This document shows positions 54,914 to 64,000 of a stretch of 64,000 nt of DNA, one piece after another. Origin of the DNA: Bacteroidales bacterium. Its GTDB lineage: Bacteria; Bacteroidota; Bacteroidia; Bacteroidales; UBA12077. The stretch's first letter is position 1. The number at the start of each line of letters is the position of its first letter. Under the pieces are notes generated by a model. The model saw nothing but the letters and a program-made list of their open reading frames with translations. It did no database searches and was not told the origin of the DNA. The DNA is taken from positions 195,170 through 259,169 of the forward strand of contig JANQHE010000061.1 of NCBI GenBank assembly GCA_028282785.1, in the 5' to 3' direction. The translations under genes were made by a program, and so were the position numbers.

Positions 54914-55733
54914 TATTTACAATTTTTTTATTCGTATTAATAGCTTTGTATAGCGTTTCGATATCTATTTTTGTAAATTCTTTTCCTGTATTCTTAGTTA
55001 ATGCAGAGTAACCACCAAATTCTTTTTCCGAATACAATAAACCATCTGTTTCATCCAGGGTTTTTATTTTCTTAAAAGAAAGATTTTGTTGAATTTCATC
55101 TAAGGTACGGTTAAAGATTACTTCACCTTTTTCGACAACAATAATGGTATCCAATATATTATCAAGGTCACGAACCTGGTGAGTAGATATTAAAAATAAC
55201 CTGTCATCATTAAAATAATTAGCAATTATTTTTCTGAATTTACTTTTTGATGGAATGTCAAGCCCATTAGTTGGTTCGTCCATTAATAAAATACTGCAAT
55301 TTGTAGAAACTGCAAATGCTATAAGGAGTTTCTTCTTTTGGCCAAAAGATAAATTGTTGATTTTACTATCAAAAGGCAATTCAAATTCAACCAATAAATC
55401 ATCCATGACTATCTTATCAAATTTAGGATAGAATATTGAATATATTTTAATATATTTTTCAATACTAATAGATGGAAATTCGAATTCTTCAGGTATATAA
55501 AATATATCCTGTAGAAAGTTTGGGTTCCTTTTTTTAGGGATAAATCCATTTACACTACAATTGCCTGATTTAGGGAATACCAAACCTGCTATAAGCTTTA
55601 ACATAGTTGTTTTACCAGCGCCATTGTGCCCTAATATTCCATAGACTTTACCTTCTTTTAAGTCAATGTTTAAATTTTGAAAAAGCTTATTTTTTTTTCG
55701 GTATCCAAATTCGAGATGTTCAATTTTTATCAT
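54897..55733 (-). CDS. ABC transporter ATP-binding protein
   Basis: Walker A GHNGAGKTT, signature LSFGQKKK, Walker B ILLMDEPTNGLD. Confidence 0.9.
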   Translation of the reverse strand: MIKIEHLEFGYRKKNKLFQNLNIDLKEGKVYGILGHNGAGKTTMLKLIAGLVFPKSGNCSVNGFIPKKRNPNFLQDIFYIPEEFEFPSISIEKYIKIYSIFYPKFDKIVMDDLLVEFELPFDSKINNLSFGQKKKLLIAFAVSTNCSILLMDEPTNGLDIPSKSKFRKIIANYFNDDRLFLISTHQVRDLDNILDTIIVVEKGEVIFNRTLDEIQQNLSFKKIKTLDETDGLLYSEKEFGGYSALTKNTGKEFTKIDIETLYKAINTNKKIVNNAFNE

Positions 55734-55747
55734 TTGCTTACAATATT

Positions 55748-55802
55748 AGTGTATTACATAACTAACACACTGCAAATGTAAAAATAAATTTCGAATTTAC
55801 AA
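55748..55802 (-). promoter_or_regulatory. Promoter candidate plus an inverted repeat upstream of the YtrA-type operon
   Basis: The minus strand reads TTG (55802..55800), a 19-nt spacer, then TACATTTG (55780..55773), matching TTG/TAnnTTTG. AGTGT-N14-ACACT (55748..55771) lies between the -7 box and the start codon. Confidence 0.35.
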
Positions 55803-56008
55803 ATACGATAAATAAAAAATTGGAGAAAGTAAGTATGGTATGGTATTATAAACGGCTAGGATCGTAAGAAAGAGATACCGAAGCCTCTTTGTTTTATTTG
55901 AAGCTAGAAGGCTATGTTGTTGACCAGTTACAGGAATTTATTACAATTTTCTATCAAAAATGAGAATTTATTAGTTAAATACTTGTAAGCGGTTAGTTAT
56001 AAGAATAT

Positions 56009-57367
56009 TTAAAATTGAAGGGTGAATATTGTTTTCTCTTCTGGTACTGATTCAACAGAAATACTTCCACCATGTAAACGCATAATTTGACGAGCAAGGC
56101 TCAAACCAATTCCAGAGCCTTGCTCTTTGGTTGTGTAAAATGGAAGAAAAATATCATCAATTACTTCTTTCTGAATTCCTTCGCCATCATCTTTAATTTC
56201 AATATTAACCTTTTCATCGGAAATAAAAGCAATAAGAGTAATGTGTTTGCTACATGCTTCTATTGAGTTCTTTATTAAATTTATTATAATCTGTTCTATT
56301 TGGGATTTATCTGCTATAATTTCTAAATCGTTTTTTTCAATTTTATAATTAAAACGAATGCTTTTATTTTCAAATTCGTTTCTCCAAAAAGATTTAATTT
56401 CAGGAAATAGAGATTCAATCTTTATTTGTTCAAAAACCGGATTAGGTAATTTTGAAATGGTTCTGAAGTTATCGACGAATTTTTGAAGCCCTGTATTTCT
56501 TTCTTTTATAATCTTAAGCCCTTCGGATATATCAGTTATAAGGTTATTGTTAATTTCATTAATTAGATATGGATTATTTGTTTCAGGATCAATGATAAGT
56601 TCATTTAGTGTATCAATAGTTGATGATATAGGTCCAATTGAATTCATTATTTCATGCCGAAGTATTCGAGTTAATTTCTGCCAGGCTTCAAGTTCCTTTT
56701 CATCTAACTCATTTTTAATGTTGTGTATAGAAACTATTTTCAGGTTTTCTTCATTTGTCCTAAAATCTGTTAAACGGACAGATAATTGCAACAGTTCCTC
56801 TTTGTTGTTTTTTAACGTTATAATTTTATGTTCAGAAGGCTTTAACTTATTAAGTAAAGTGTCCGAAAAATCCGTATAAAGATTATCTAAAACACGAATA
56901 TTTGAAAGGTTCTCAAGCCCTAACAAATCTTTAATTGCTTTATTGGCCAGCCTTATTTCACCATTTTCGGTAAAACTAATTAAGCCTATGCTTGCAATAT
57001 CTGTGAGTGTTTTAAAGTATTGATCCTGTTTAGTATTTTGTTCCTTAAGTTGTTGAATTTGTTTATTTACAATTTGTAACCTTCGACTTAATCTTAAATA
57101 GTTTATATCCTGCAATTCATTAGTCAGTAAAATTGAAGAGTCATCATATTTTATTGAGTCAAAAAATGCGATTAAGTCACGATTAATGTAATTCAATCTT
57201 CTAATCAGCAATATTACCTGAATAACAAATAAAACACCTAAATTTACGTTAATTATAATATCATGATATTTTTGGTTAGCAAAAAAGAATAAAAAGGAGG
57301 TTGCCGCTATTAAAACAACTCTGATTATAATGTTTATATAGAGATTTTTAAATATCATATTTTTCAA
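56009..57367 (-). CDS. Membrane sensor histidine kinase (NtrB/AtoS-like)
   Basis: Two N-terminal TM helices, a PAS-like segment, the H-box LRHEIMNSIGPI, and ATPase boxes NLIKNSIEA, DDGEGI, GSGIGLSLARQIM. Confidence 0.88.
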   Translation of the reverse strand: MKNMIFKNLYINIIIRVVLIAATSFLFFFANQKYHDIIINVNLGVLFVIQVILLIRRLNYINRDLIAFFDSIKYDDSSILLTNELQDINYLRLSRRLQIVNKQIQQLKEQNTKQDQYFKTLTDIASIGLISFTENGEIRLANKAIKDLLGLENLSNIRVLDNLYTDFSDTLLNKLKPSEHKIITLKNNKEELLQLSVRLTDFRTNEENLKIVSIHNIKNELDEKELEAWQKLTRILRHEIMNSIGPISSTIDTLNELIIDPETNNPYLINEINNNLITDISEGLKIIKERNTGLQKFVDNFRTISKLPNPVFEQIKIESLFPEIKSFWRNEFENKSIRFNYKIEKNDLEIIADKSQIEQIIINLIKNSIEACSKHITLIAFISDEKVNIEIKDDGEGIQKEVIDDIFLPFYTTKEQGSGIGLSLARQIMRLHGGSISVESVPEEKTIFTLQF

Positions 57368-58721
57368 TTTTTCTATATAATGTTTGACGGCCTACTTTTA
57401 ATTCCTTAGCAGTTTCGCTAATATTCCAGTTATTTCTTTCAAGTGCTTTTTTTATGATAATTTTTTCGCCCTCTTCAAGTGTTATTGGTTTATTTAATTC
57501 TTCATTGGTAGATTTTGATTTTTCAAAGAAGAAATCTTCTGTTTTTAATGTATGACCATTGCATAGAATTACTCCTTTTTCGATAGTGTGTTTTAATTCT
57601 CTTACATTTCCCGGCCATGAATATTCCTGGAATTTTTCCAGAGCTTTATTATTTATTTTAATTCCGGTTTTATTATAATGCTTTGAAAATTGATCCAGGT
57701 AATAGTCAGTTAGCACCAAAATGTCTTCTTTTCTTTCTCTGAGTGGGGGTAAATTGATCTGAACGGTATTGATTCTATAAAGTAGATCTTCTCTGAATAA
57801 ATTATCCTTTATTAATTGATTAATATCTTTATTTGTTGCAGAAATAAGCCTGATATTTAAGGGGATTAAATCATTGGATCCCACTTTGGATATCTGTCTG
57901 TTTTGTAGCGCGGTGAGAAGTTTAGCCTGCATCATAAATGATAGGTTACCAATTTCATCCAAGAATAAAGTTCCACCGGAAGCTGCTTCAAATTTACCGG
58001 TTCGATTTTCTTCAGCATCTGTAAATGCTCCTTTTACATGCCCAAACAGCTCACTTTCAAACAGAGTTTCAGTTAAGGCAGCCATATCTATGCTCATAAA
58101 AACTTCCTGGTTCCGAGATGATAATTGGTGGATTTTCCTTGCAATAAGCTCCTTGCCTGTTCCGTTTTCGCCTAAAATTATAACATTTGCATCAGTCTTA
58201 GCTACCTTTTCAATTGTTTCTAAAACTTTTTTCATTGTAAGAGAATTTCCTGTAATTAATTCAAAATCTTTATTTAAGTTTTGTTTTAATACATGTTGAT
58301 TTTGCTCTAAACTTCTAAGTCTTAATTTTGTTTTTCGCATTTCATATGCTGCTTGAAGCGTAGCTAGCAATTTTTGATTGTTCCAGGGCTTTTCAATAAA
58401 ATCAAATCCGCCTGCTTTTATTGTTTTTACTGCAAGTTCCGAATCACCGTAAGCAGTTATAAGAATTACAATAGTGTCAGGAGATATCCTTGAAATTTCC
58501 TTTAACCAGTATAATCCTTCGTTACCGGAATTAATTCCTGCCGAGAAATTCATGTCTAGCAAAACCAAATCAAAACTTTTCGATTTTAAAGTATTATTTA
58601 ATCGATTAGGATTGCTTAAAGTAATTACTTCTTTAGATTTATATTTTAGAAAAAGCTTTAAGGAACTTAAAACACTTTGATTATCATCTACTATTAAAAT
58701 GGTCGCTTCTTTTAATTCCAT
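57348..58721 (-). CDS. Sigma-54-dependent (NtrC-family) response regulator
   Basis: REC domain (ILIVDDN, VLLDMNF), an AAA+ sigma-54 interaction domain (GENGTGKE, GAFTDA, ESELFGH) and a C-terminal Fis-type HTH. The ATG at 58721 is preferred over the track start at 58772. Confidence 0.9.
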   Translation of the reverse strand: MELKEATILIVDDNQSVLSSLKLFLKYKSKEVITLSNPNRLNNTLKSKSFDLVLLDMNFSAGINSGNEGLYWLKEISRISPDTIVILITAYGDSELAVKTIKAGGFDFIEKPWNNQKLLATLQAAYEMRKTKLRLRSLEQNQHVLKQNLNKDFELITGNSLTMKKVLETIEKVAKTDANVIILGENGTGKELIARKIHQLSSRNQEVFMSIDMAALTETLFESELFGHVKGAFTDAEENRTGKFEAASGGTLFLDEIGNLSFMMQAKLLTALQNRQISKVGSNDLIPLNIRLISATNKDINQLIKDNLFREDLLYRINTVQINLPPLRERKEDILVLTDYYLDQFSKHYNKTGIKINNKALEKFQEYSWPGNVRELKHTIEKGVILCNGHTLKTEDFFFEKSKSTNEELNKPITLEEGEKIIIKKALERNNWNISETAKELKVGRQTLYRKIEKYDI

Positions 58722-58882
58722 TTTTATACTCAATTTATTAATCAAAATTATTGTTAATTTAAATAGATACAAAATGGATTGTATGATTTTGGAACATAAG
58801 ATGGATGATTTTGGAGCATTTTTTATATAATGGTAATTAACTTTAATTTATAATATATTGAAAATTAATAATTAAAATATTT

Positions 58883-58898
58883 TGGCATGAGTTTGGGG
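58883..58898 (+). promoter_or_regulatory. Weak sigma-54 (-24/-12) promoter candidate upstream of the FtsX-type permease gene
   Basis: TGGCAT-gagtt-TGGGG compared with the consensus TGGCAC-N5-TTGC. The -24 GG is present, but the -12 position reads GG rather than GC. It lies 30 nt upstream of the ATG and is divergent from the NtrC-like regulator. Confidence 0.25.
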
Positions 58899-58927
58899 TT
58901 TTAGCTCCAAACTTTAATTTTTAGAAT

Positions 58928-61300
58928 ATGTTTGTTAAAAATATTATTTTGTCAATAAGAATTATGTTAAGAAGTAAATTGTTTTCATTTCTTAACATCG
59001 TAGGTTTGGCCTTTGGATTAGCATGTACAATACTACTTTACTTGTGGATTACAGATGAATTAAACTATGATACAAACCATGAAAAAATCGAACGTATTTT
59101 TGTTGTGCAACATTGGCAACATTATGGCGATGAAGATTTTCATTGTTGGGTTTCTCCGGCACCGATGGCAAAGGCGTTTAAGGAGAAATATCCGGAGGTA
59201 GAGTTGACAGCCAGGTTTACATACTGTTATAACGGACTAGTGAGTTATGATGATAAAAAACTTATTCAAGATGTAAGAGCAGGAGATTCGGAATTACTTG
59301 ATATTTTAACATGTCCGTTCATATATGGGAATAAAGAAAATTTTGCAGATGGATTAAAAAATATTATCATTTCAAGAAAGATTTCTGAACAATATTTTGG
59401 GGAAGAAGATCCTGTTGGAAAGACTTTATTGATTGATGATCAATATGCGTTCACAGTTCAGGGGGTATTTGAAAATTTCCCGCAAAATATGAGTTACCGA
59501 TTCGAACTTTTAATTCCTTTTGAAAACCTAAAAGATTTTGATCGAAATCTGGAAAGTTGGGGTAATAATTTTTGCACTACGTTTGCTCTTTTATATCCTG
59601 AAATAGATTATCAGAAATTTGAGACAAAAGCAATAACATTTCTTGATGAAATGAAAAAAAATCCGGAAGATAATAAGAACGAAGTATTTCTAAATCCGCT
59701 TAAAAGAATTCACCTTTATGATATAAAAGGAGGCGGAGCAATTGAGGTAGTTAAAATATTTGGAATCATTGCTATTTTTATTCTACTTATAGCATGTTTT
59801 AATTATATGAATTTAGCAACGGCCAGAGCTGAGAACAGGGCTAAAGAAATCGCGGTCAGAAAAGTATTGAGTGCATCAAGACGTAAACTGATTTTACAAT
59901 TCTTAGGAGAATCGTTTGTATTTACATTTATAGCCCTTAACTTTTCCTTGATTATTGTGCGACTTCTGTTACCAGCCTTCAATAATATGGCAGGCAAAGA
60001 ATTGGTAATGGATTACTCTAGCACACTAGTAGTATTGAGTTTATTTATTATTTGGATTTTTACCAGTTTTTTTGCTGGTATGTATCCGGCATTTGTTTTA
60101 TCATCATTTAAAGTTACTAAAATACTAAAAGGGTCAAAAGGAAATAGTTCTAAAGGCGGGATTTTTAGGAAGGTTCTGGTTGTACTTCAATTCTCATTAT
60201 CAATAGGTTTAATAATTTGTTCTTTGATTATTAGTAAACAGATAGATTTTCTTAAAAATAAGGATTTGCGGTTTGATAAGAAAAACATGATTTATGTTCA
60301 AATACAAGGAAAAATGATGGATCATTACGATATTATTAAACAAGAATTACTGAAGAATTCAAATATAGTAAACTTAACAAGGACAACTCATTCAAATCCT
60401 TATATGATTGGAAGAAATGGTGGTGATTGGGATTGGAAAGATAGGGATCCAGCAGTTAATCCACTGGTTTCATCAATGATTGCCGATGAGGATTTTTTAA
60501 AGACATTTAAAATAAAACTTCTTTCGGGAAGATACTTTTCTCCCAATTTGATATCCGATACTATTAGTGAGCAAACCAATATATACAATATTGTAATTAA
60601 CCAGGCTTTCGCTAACATTATCGGAAACGAAGGAATAACCGAGAAAATATTAAACAGGGGAAGCAAACATAGATTTCCTGTTATAGGTGTTATAGATGAT
60701 TGGGCTCATTTGCCTGCCGACAGGGAAAATATGCCATTAGCCATATTTTATTATGAAGTAAACTACACGTATATTTTTATTAGAATTAACGGAACTAAGA
60801 TCTCCGAAACGGTTAAATATATAGAATCGGTATTTGCCGAATACAATCCAGGATTTGTTTTTGATTACGGTTTTCTTGAAGAGGGTTATGAAAATCTATA
60901 TAGCGATGAAGAACGAGCAAGTAAGATCATGAGATCTTTTACTTTATTTGCGATATTAATATCAAGTTTAGGATTGTTTGGTTTAGCTGCATTTTCAGCC
61001 CAAAAAAGAACGAAAGAAATTGGAATAAGAAAAGCACTTGGGGCTCCTGTGAAAAATATTATTCTGATGCTTTCAAAAGATATGACCAAATGGATACTTA
61101 TTTCGAATATCATTGCATGGCCCATAGCTTATTATTTTATGAATAGATTTTTAAATAATTATCCATATCATTATGAACCAACTATTTGGATTTTTATTTT
61201 AGCCGGACTAATAGCATTTGGACTGTCTTTATTTACTGTTTTATATCAGGCATTAGCTGCTTCCGTTAAAAATCCTGTTGATAGCCTAAGATACGAATAA
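58928..61300 (+). CDS. Two-module FtsX/MacB-type ABC transporter permease
   Basis: 790 aa, a paralog of 24432..26795 (NYMNLATARAENRAKEIAVRK; C-terminal KNPVDSLRYE). Confidence 0.9.
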   Translation: MFVKNIILSIRIMLRSKLFSFLNIVGLAFGLACTILLYLWITDELNYDTNHEKIERIFVVQHWQHYGDEDFHCWVSPAPMAKAFKEKYPEVELTARFTYCYNGLVSYDDKKLIQDVRAGDSELLDILTCPFIYGNKENFADGLKNIIISRKISEQYFGEEDPVGKTLLIDDQYAFTVQGVFENFPQNMSYRFELLIPFENLKDFDRNLESWGNNFCTTFALLYPEIDYQKFETKAITFLDEMKKNPEDNKNEVFLNPLKRIHLYDIKGGGAIEVVKIFGIIAIFILLIACFNYMNLATARAENRAKEIAVRKVLSASRRKLILQFLGESFVFTFIALNFSLIIVRLLLPAFNNMAGKELVMDYSSTLVVLSLFIIWIFTSFFAGMYPAFVLSSFKVTKILKGSKGNSSKGGIFRKVLVVLQFSLSIGLIICSLIISKQIDFLKNKDLRFDKKNMIYVQIQGKMMDHYDIIKQELLKNSNIVNLTRTTHSNPYMIGRNGGDWDWKDRDPAVNPLVSSMIADEDFLKTFKIKLLSGRYFSPNLISDTISEQTNIYNIVINQAFANIIGNEGITEKILNRGSKHRFPVIGVIDDWAHLPADRENMPLAIFYYEVNYTYIFIRINGTKISETVKYIESVFAEYNPGFVFDYGFLEEGYENLYSDEERASKIMRSFTLFAILISSLGLFGLAAFSAQKRTKEIGIRKALGAPVKNIILMLSKDMTKWILISNIIAWPIAYYFMNRFLNNYPYHYEPTIWIFILAGLIAFGLSLFTVLYQALAASVKNPVDSLRYE

Positions 61301-61317
61301 TATAAAATCTTGTAATT

Positions 61318-62856
61318 ATGAAAACAAAAAAAAATCTAAAGTTAAATAAGGCGTGGTTTCTGTTTATCATTAATTTATTTATTGTTTATAATACTACATC
61401 AGCTCAAATAAACCCAAATCAGGCTTTGTTGTATAGGGCAGTTATGTCCAGAAATCTTTCATTACTAGACTCTCTTACGTCTTTAAATGATTTTAAACCT
61501 AATGAAGTATTTAAGGTTGGATTACCTGTATTGCATATGGCATGTCTGGGAGGAGATATGGATATTGTTAAATTACTTGTATCTAAAGGTGCCGATGTAA
61601 ACCTGTTAGACCTTAAAGGTAATACTCCTGCATATTCTGCAATTTTAAGGGGGCATATACATATCCTGAATTATTTAATCTTACAAAATATTGATCTTAA
61701 AATAAAAAACAACAATGGACAAAATCTAATTGGTTATTTGGTTAAAAACGGACAAACTAACCAGAATGAGATAGCATGTTTATTAATTGATAAAGGAATA
61801 GATATTAATTCTTTAGATATTTTTGGAAAAACACCGATGTATTACGCTATATTGAATCGTTTGGAAAGCGTTGGTATATTGCTTTTGAATAATGGGGCAG
61901 ATGTAAATTGGAAGGATAAAAACTCAGGTAAATCTTTTTTGCATTATTGTGCTATATATGATTGCCCCAGTATAGCCCGGGAACTTATTAATTCTGAACA
62001 TAAAATTAATATTGTTGATAATGAAAGTATTATTCCGTTGATTTATGCGTATAAGTATAATAATTATAATGTAGCAAAGATTTTAGAGGATAATAAAACC
62101 GATAAGAGATTATTTTCTAATTTTGAAAACAGGAAGGCTTTCAGAGAAGAACTTGAAAATGGACAAGCGGTTTGTTGGTATTTAAACCACAGAGGATGGG
62201 CCATAAATACACAAACCGAATTGCTTATTTTTGATTACGAAGAAGGAACGAATAAACCATCTACACCTTCTGTTTTTAATGGATGGGTGGACTCTAATGA
62301 ATTAAAAGATAAATCTGTTATTAGTCTATATACCTGTTGGCATGGATACGAAAATGAAGGTTCGCCAATGCATGATTTAGAAGGTGAAATAAATAATATT
62401 GATTATATTCTTAATAATGACGATCGGTTTAAAGGGGAAGATTATTATATTAAAATGAATGAAAATGAGTCTATAAGTTTAAGAAATCTTAATATAACTT
62501 CATTTAGGTCAGATTATATGACTTTAGGTTATCTTATTGAAGGGAATGACCTTACAATTTTATATACAGGATTTCCGGATACCGCAAATCTTGAATCAAA
62601 TTTGGAATTACTCAGGTCGAAAGTAAAGAAAATTGATATATTGTTAATATCAGCCATAGGCATGGATAAAGATCCAGGCACAGTTATCAACTGGTCAGAT
62701 TATATAATTAAGTGTTTTAGTCCTAAATATATTATTCCTAAGGATAATAAAAGAAACGAAGATATGAATTTAATGCTTAAAAAGGAATTTGAAGCGAAGT
62801 ACCCCGGGTCTATTTGGTATATAGCAAGATATCCTGGAGACAGAATACATATATAA
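61318..62856 (+). CDS. Secreted ankyrin-repeat protein with a C-terminal domain of unknown function
   Basis: Signal peptide, followed by at least 5 ankyrin-like repeats (LHMACLGGDMDIVKLLVSKGADVN, NTPAYSAILRGHIHILNYLI, KTPMYYAILNRLESVGILLLNNGADVN...). The ~250-aa C-terminal region is not recognised. Confidence 0.75.
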   Translation: MKTKKNLKLNKAWFLFIINLFIVYNTTSAQINPNQALLYRAVMSRNLSLLDSLTSLNDFKPNEVFKVGLPVLHMACLGGDMDIVKLLVSKGADVNLLDLKGNTPAYSAILRGHIHILNYLILQNIDLKIKNNNGQNLIGYLVKNGQTNQNEIACLLIDKGIDINSLDIFGKTPMYYAILNRLESVGILLLNNGADVNWKDKNSGKSFLHYCAIYDCPSIARELINSEHKINIVDNESIIPLIYAYKYNNYNVAKILEDNKTDKRLFSNFENRKAFREELENGQAVCWYLNHRGWAINTQTELLIFDYEEGTNKPSTPSVFNGWVDSNELKDKSVISLYTCWHGYENEGSPMHDLEGEINNIDYILNNDDRFKGEDYYIKMNENESISLRNLNITSFRSDYMTLGYLIEGNDLTILYTGFPDTANLESNLELLRSKVKKIDILLISAIGMDKDPGTVINWSDYIIKCFSPKYIIPKDNKRNEDMNLMLKKEFEAKYPGSIWYIARYPGDRIHI

Positions 62857-62905
62857 TATTAATATAGAAAAGATAAAATTCAGGTGGATTACAATTTTAT
62901 TGTGC

Positions 62906-62939
62906 GTCCGAAAAAGTACAATTTTGTGCATTTTCGGAC
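62906..62939 (+). terminator. Hairpin after the ankyrin gene
   Basis: A 9-bp perfect stem (gtccgaaaa / ttttcggac) with a 16-nt loop. The T-tract is modest (agttgttttt). Confidence 0.5.
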
Positions 62940-63146
62940 AGTTGTTTTTATATGAAACTGATATTAATGTGCACATAAACAAGTATATAGAATTGTACGG
63001 CACGATATCTGATAATATTAAAATTATTATGGGGAAAAATGACAAATCACTTTAACATAACTTTAACATTTGTGCATTGAATTTTAAAGCGATAAAAGAT
63101 AGATTTGTACGAGATGTTTCGTAATTAAAACTAAAAAAATCATATT

Positions 63147-64000
63147 ATGTTCAAAAATCTTTTCAAAACCGCTATTCGAAATATTTTTAAGGATTTCGGG
63201 TATAGTAGTTTAAACATTTTGGGATTAACGATTGGTATTACCAGTGCTCTTTTATTAATTATATATATATCTGATGAAATTAGTTATGATAAATACCATG
63301 AAAAAGCTGACCGTATTTATCGTGTTGCATCATATATTCAGGAAACAGATGATGATTTCACATGGATAGTTGCTCAAATTCCATTTGGTCCTCAGGTAGT
63401 TGAAGATTATCCGGAAGTTGAGCATTCGGTTAGATTTATAGGTGGCGGAAGAGAATTATTTAAATATGAAGATATAGAGTTTTTTGAAGAAGAATTCTTT
63501 TATGCGGATTCGAATATATTCGATGTATTCTCATATAAATTTGTTAAAGGCTCCCCGGAAGGAGCTTTAATAGAACCATATACAATTGTCGTATCAGAAA
63601 AAATTGCAGCTAAGTATTTCGGAAAAAAAGATCCAATTGGTAAAACGCTCGTAAATGGTGAGGATACATATAGAGTTACCGGAGTTATAAAGGAAGTTCC
63701 ATACAACTCTCATTTTAGATTTGATGCACTAATGTCCAGAAAAAGTTTACCGGCAGAAATGGGAAGTTGGGGTAATTTTGGAGTCTATACCTATCTATTA
63801 TTACCTGAAGAACTGGATTATAAGGAATTTGAATATAAGATATCCGAAATGTATGATAAATATATGGCTGAAATTTTTGAAAGGTTAGACATTAAAATTC
63901 AGTATATTTTGCAACCCATAACAGATATACACCTTAAATCAACCTATGAAGGTGAACCGGAACCTACTGGCAGTTACGCATATGTAATAATTTTTGCTAT
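63147..64000 (+). CDS. FtsX/MacB-type ABC transporter permease; 3' end lies outside the window
   Basis: ATG at 63147. MFKNLFKTAIRNIFKDFGYSSLNILGLTIGITSALLLIIY matches the N-termini of the paralogs. The frame is open to the window end, so the ORF is absent from the track because it has no stop. Confidence 0.85.
   Translation, partial: MFKNLFKTAIRNIFKDFGYSSLNILGLTIGITSALLLIIYISDEISYDKYHEKADRIYRVASYIQETDDDFTWIVAQIPFGPQVVEDYPEVEHSVRFIGGGRELFKYEDIEFFEEEFFYADSNIFDVFSYKFVKGSPEGALIEPYTIVVSEKIAAKYFGKKDPIGKTLVNGEDTYRVTGVIKEVPYNSHFRFDALMSRKSLPAEMGSWGNFGVYTYLLLPEELDYKEFEYKISEMYDKYMAEIFERLDIKIQYILQPITDIHLKSTYEGEPEPTGSYAYVIIFA

Noticed and set aside
55861-55900. Plus-strand terminator-like hairpin (aaagag...ctcttt plus a T-run) and a 10-codon ORF in the gap between the kinase gene and the YtrA-type operon. 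Possibly a small RNA.
   Set aside because: The stem is weak and interrupted. There is no promoter evidence. It may equally be the minus-strand terminator of the kinase operon.
1-64000. Search for tRNA, rRNA, tmRNA, RNase P RNA, transposase or integrase genes, and IS inverted repeats.
   Set aside because: I saw no conserved RNA-gene signatures, no ORF with recombinase or transposase motifs, and no terminal inverted repeats in this window. A by-eye scan can miss small or divergent RNAs.

Overview
AT-rich chromosomal segment that looks like Bacteroidota. This is an inference from three things: many two-module FtsX/MacB-like permease paralogs, BlaI/BlaR1-like and RhuM genes, and TAnnTTTG-type -7 boxes with no Shine-Dalgarno sites. 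I saw no rRNA, tRNA or CRISPR array. Layout: (1) 1-27 kb is mostly housekeeping or sensory: FtsX-type permeases, tandem cysteine-synthase-like paralogs, a NarL-type two-component pair, a CheY-like/CheW/MCP trio, an ExbD-BlaI-BlaR1-like operon, a 5'-nucleotidase, a tricorn-like S41 protease, and DksA/TraR and YafY regulators. (2) 26.8-28.1 kb holds asnA, preceded by two tandem Asn-codon-rich leader ORFs. Each sits in front of a terminator with a competing antiterminator helix, which looks like a tandem ribosome-mediated attenuator. (3) 28.0-31.7 kb is a roughly 3.07-kb decayed accessory insertion bounded by ~310-bp direct repeats of the asnA 3' end. It carries an ATPase fragment, a frameshifted rhuM, an AbiEi-like gene and an internally deleted AbiEii-like gene. 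More accessory genes follow up to about 36.3 kb. (4) 35.2-58.7 kb is transcribed entirely from the minus strand. It contains a composite envelope-transport locus: two ABC ATPase/ABC-2 permease modules, a TolC-like protein, a membrane fusion protein and two RND permeases. One RND permease is fused in-frame to an ABC ATPase whose first beta-strand is separated from its Walker A core by a membrane insertion. Small GxxExxY genes bracketed by direct repeats, plus one deletion scar of such a cassette, occupy three of its intergenic junctions. Upstream lie a YtrA-type ABC module and a sigma-54-type two-component pair. All calls come from reading the sequence and the ORF track by eye. No database search was run.
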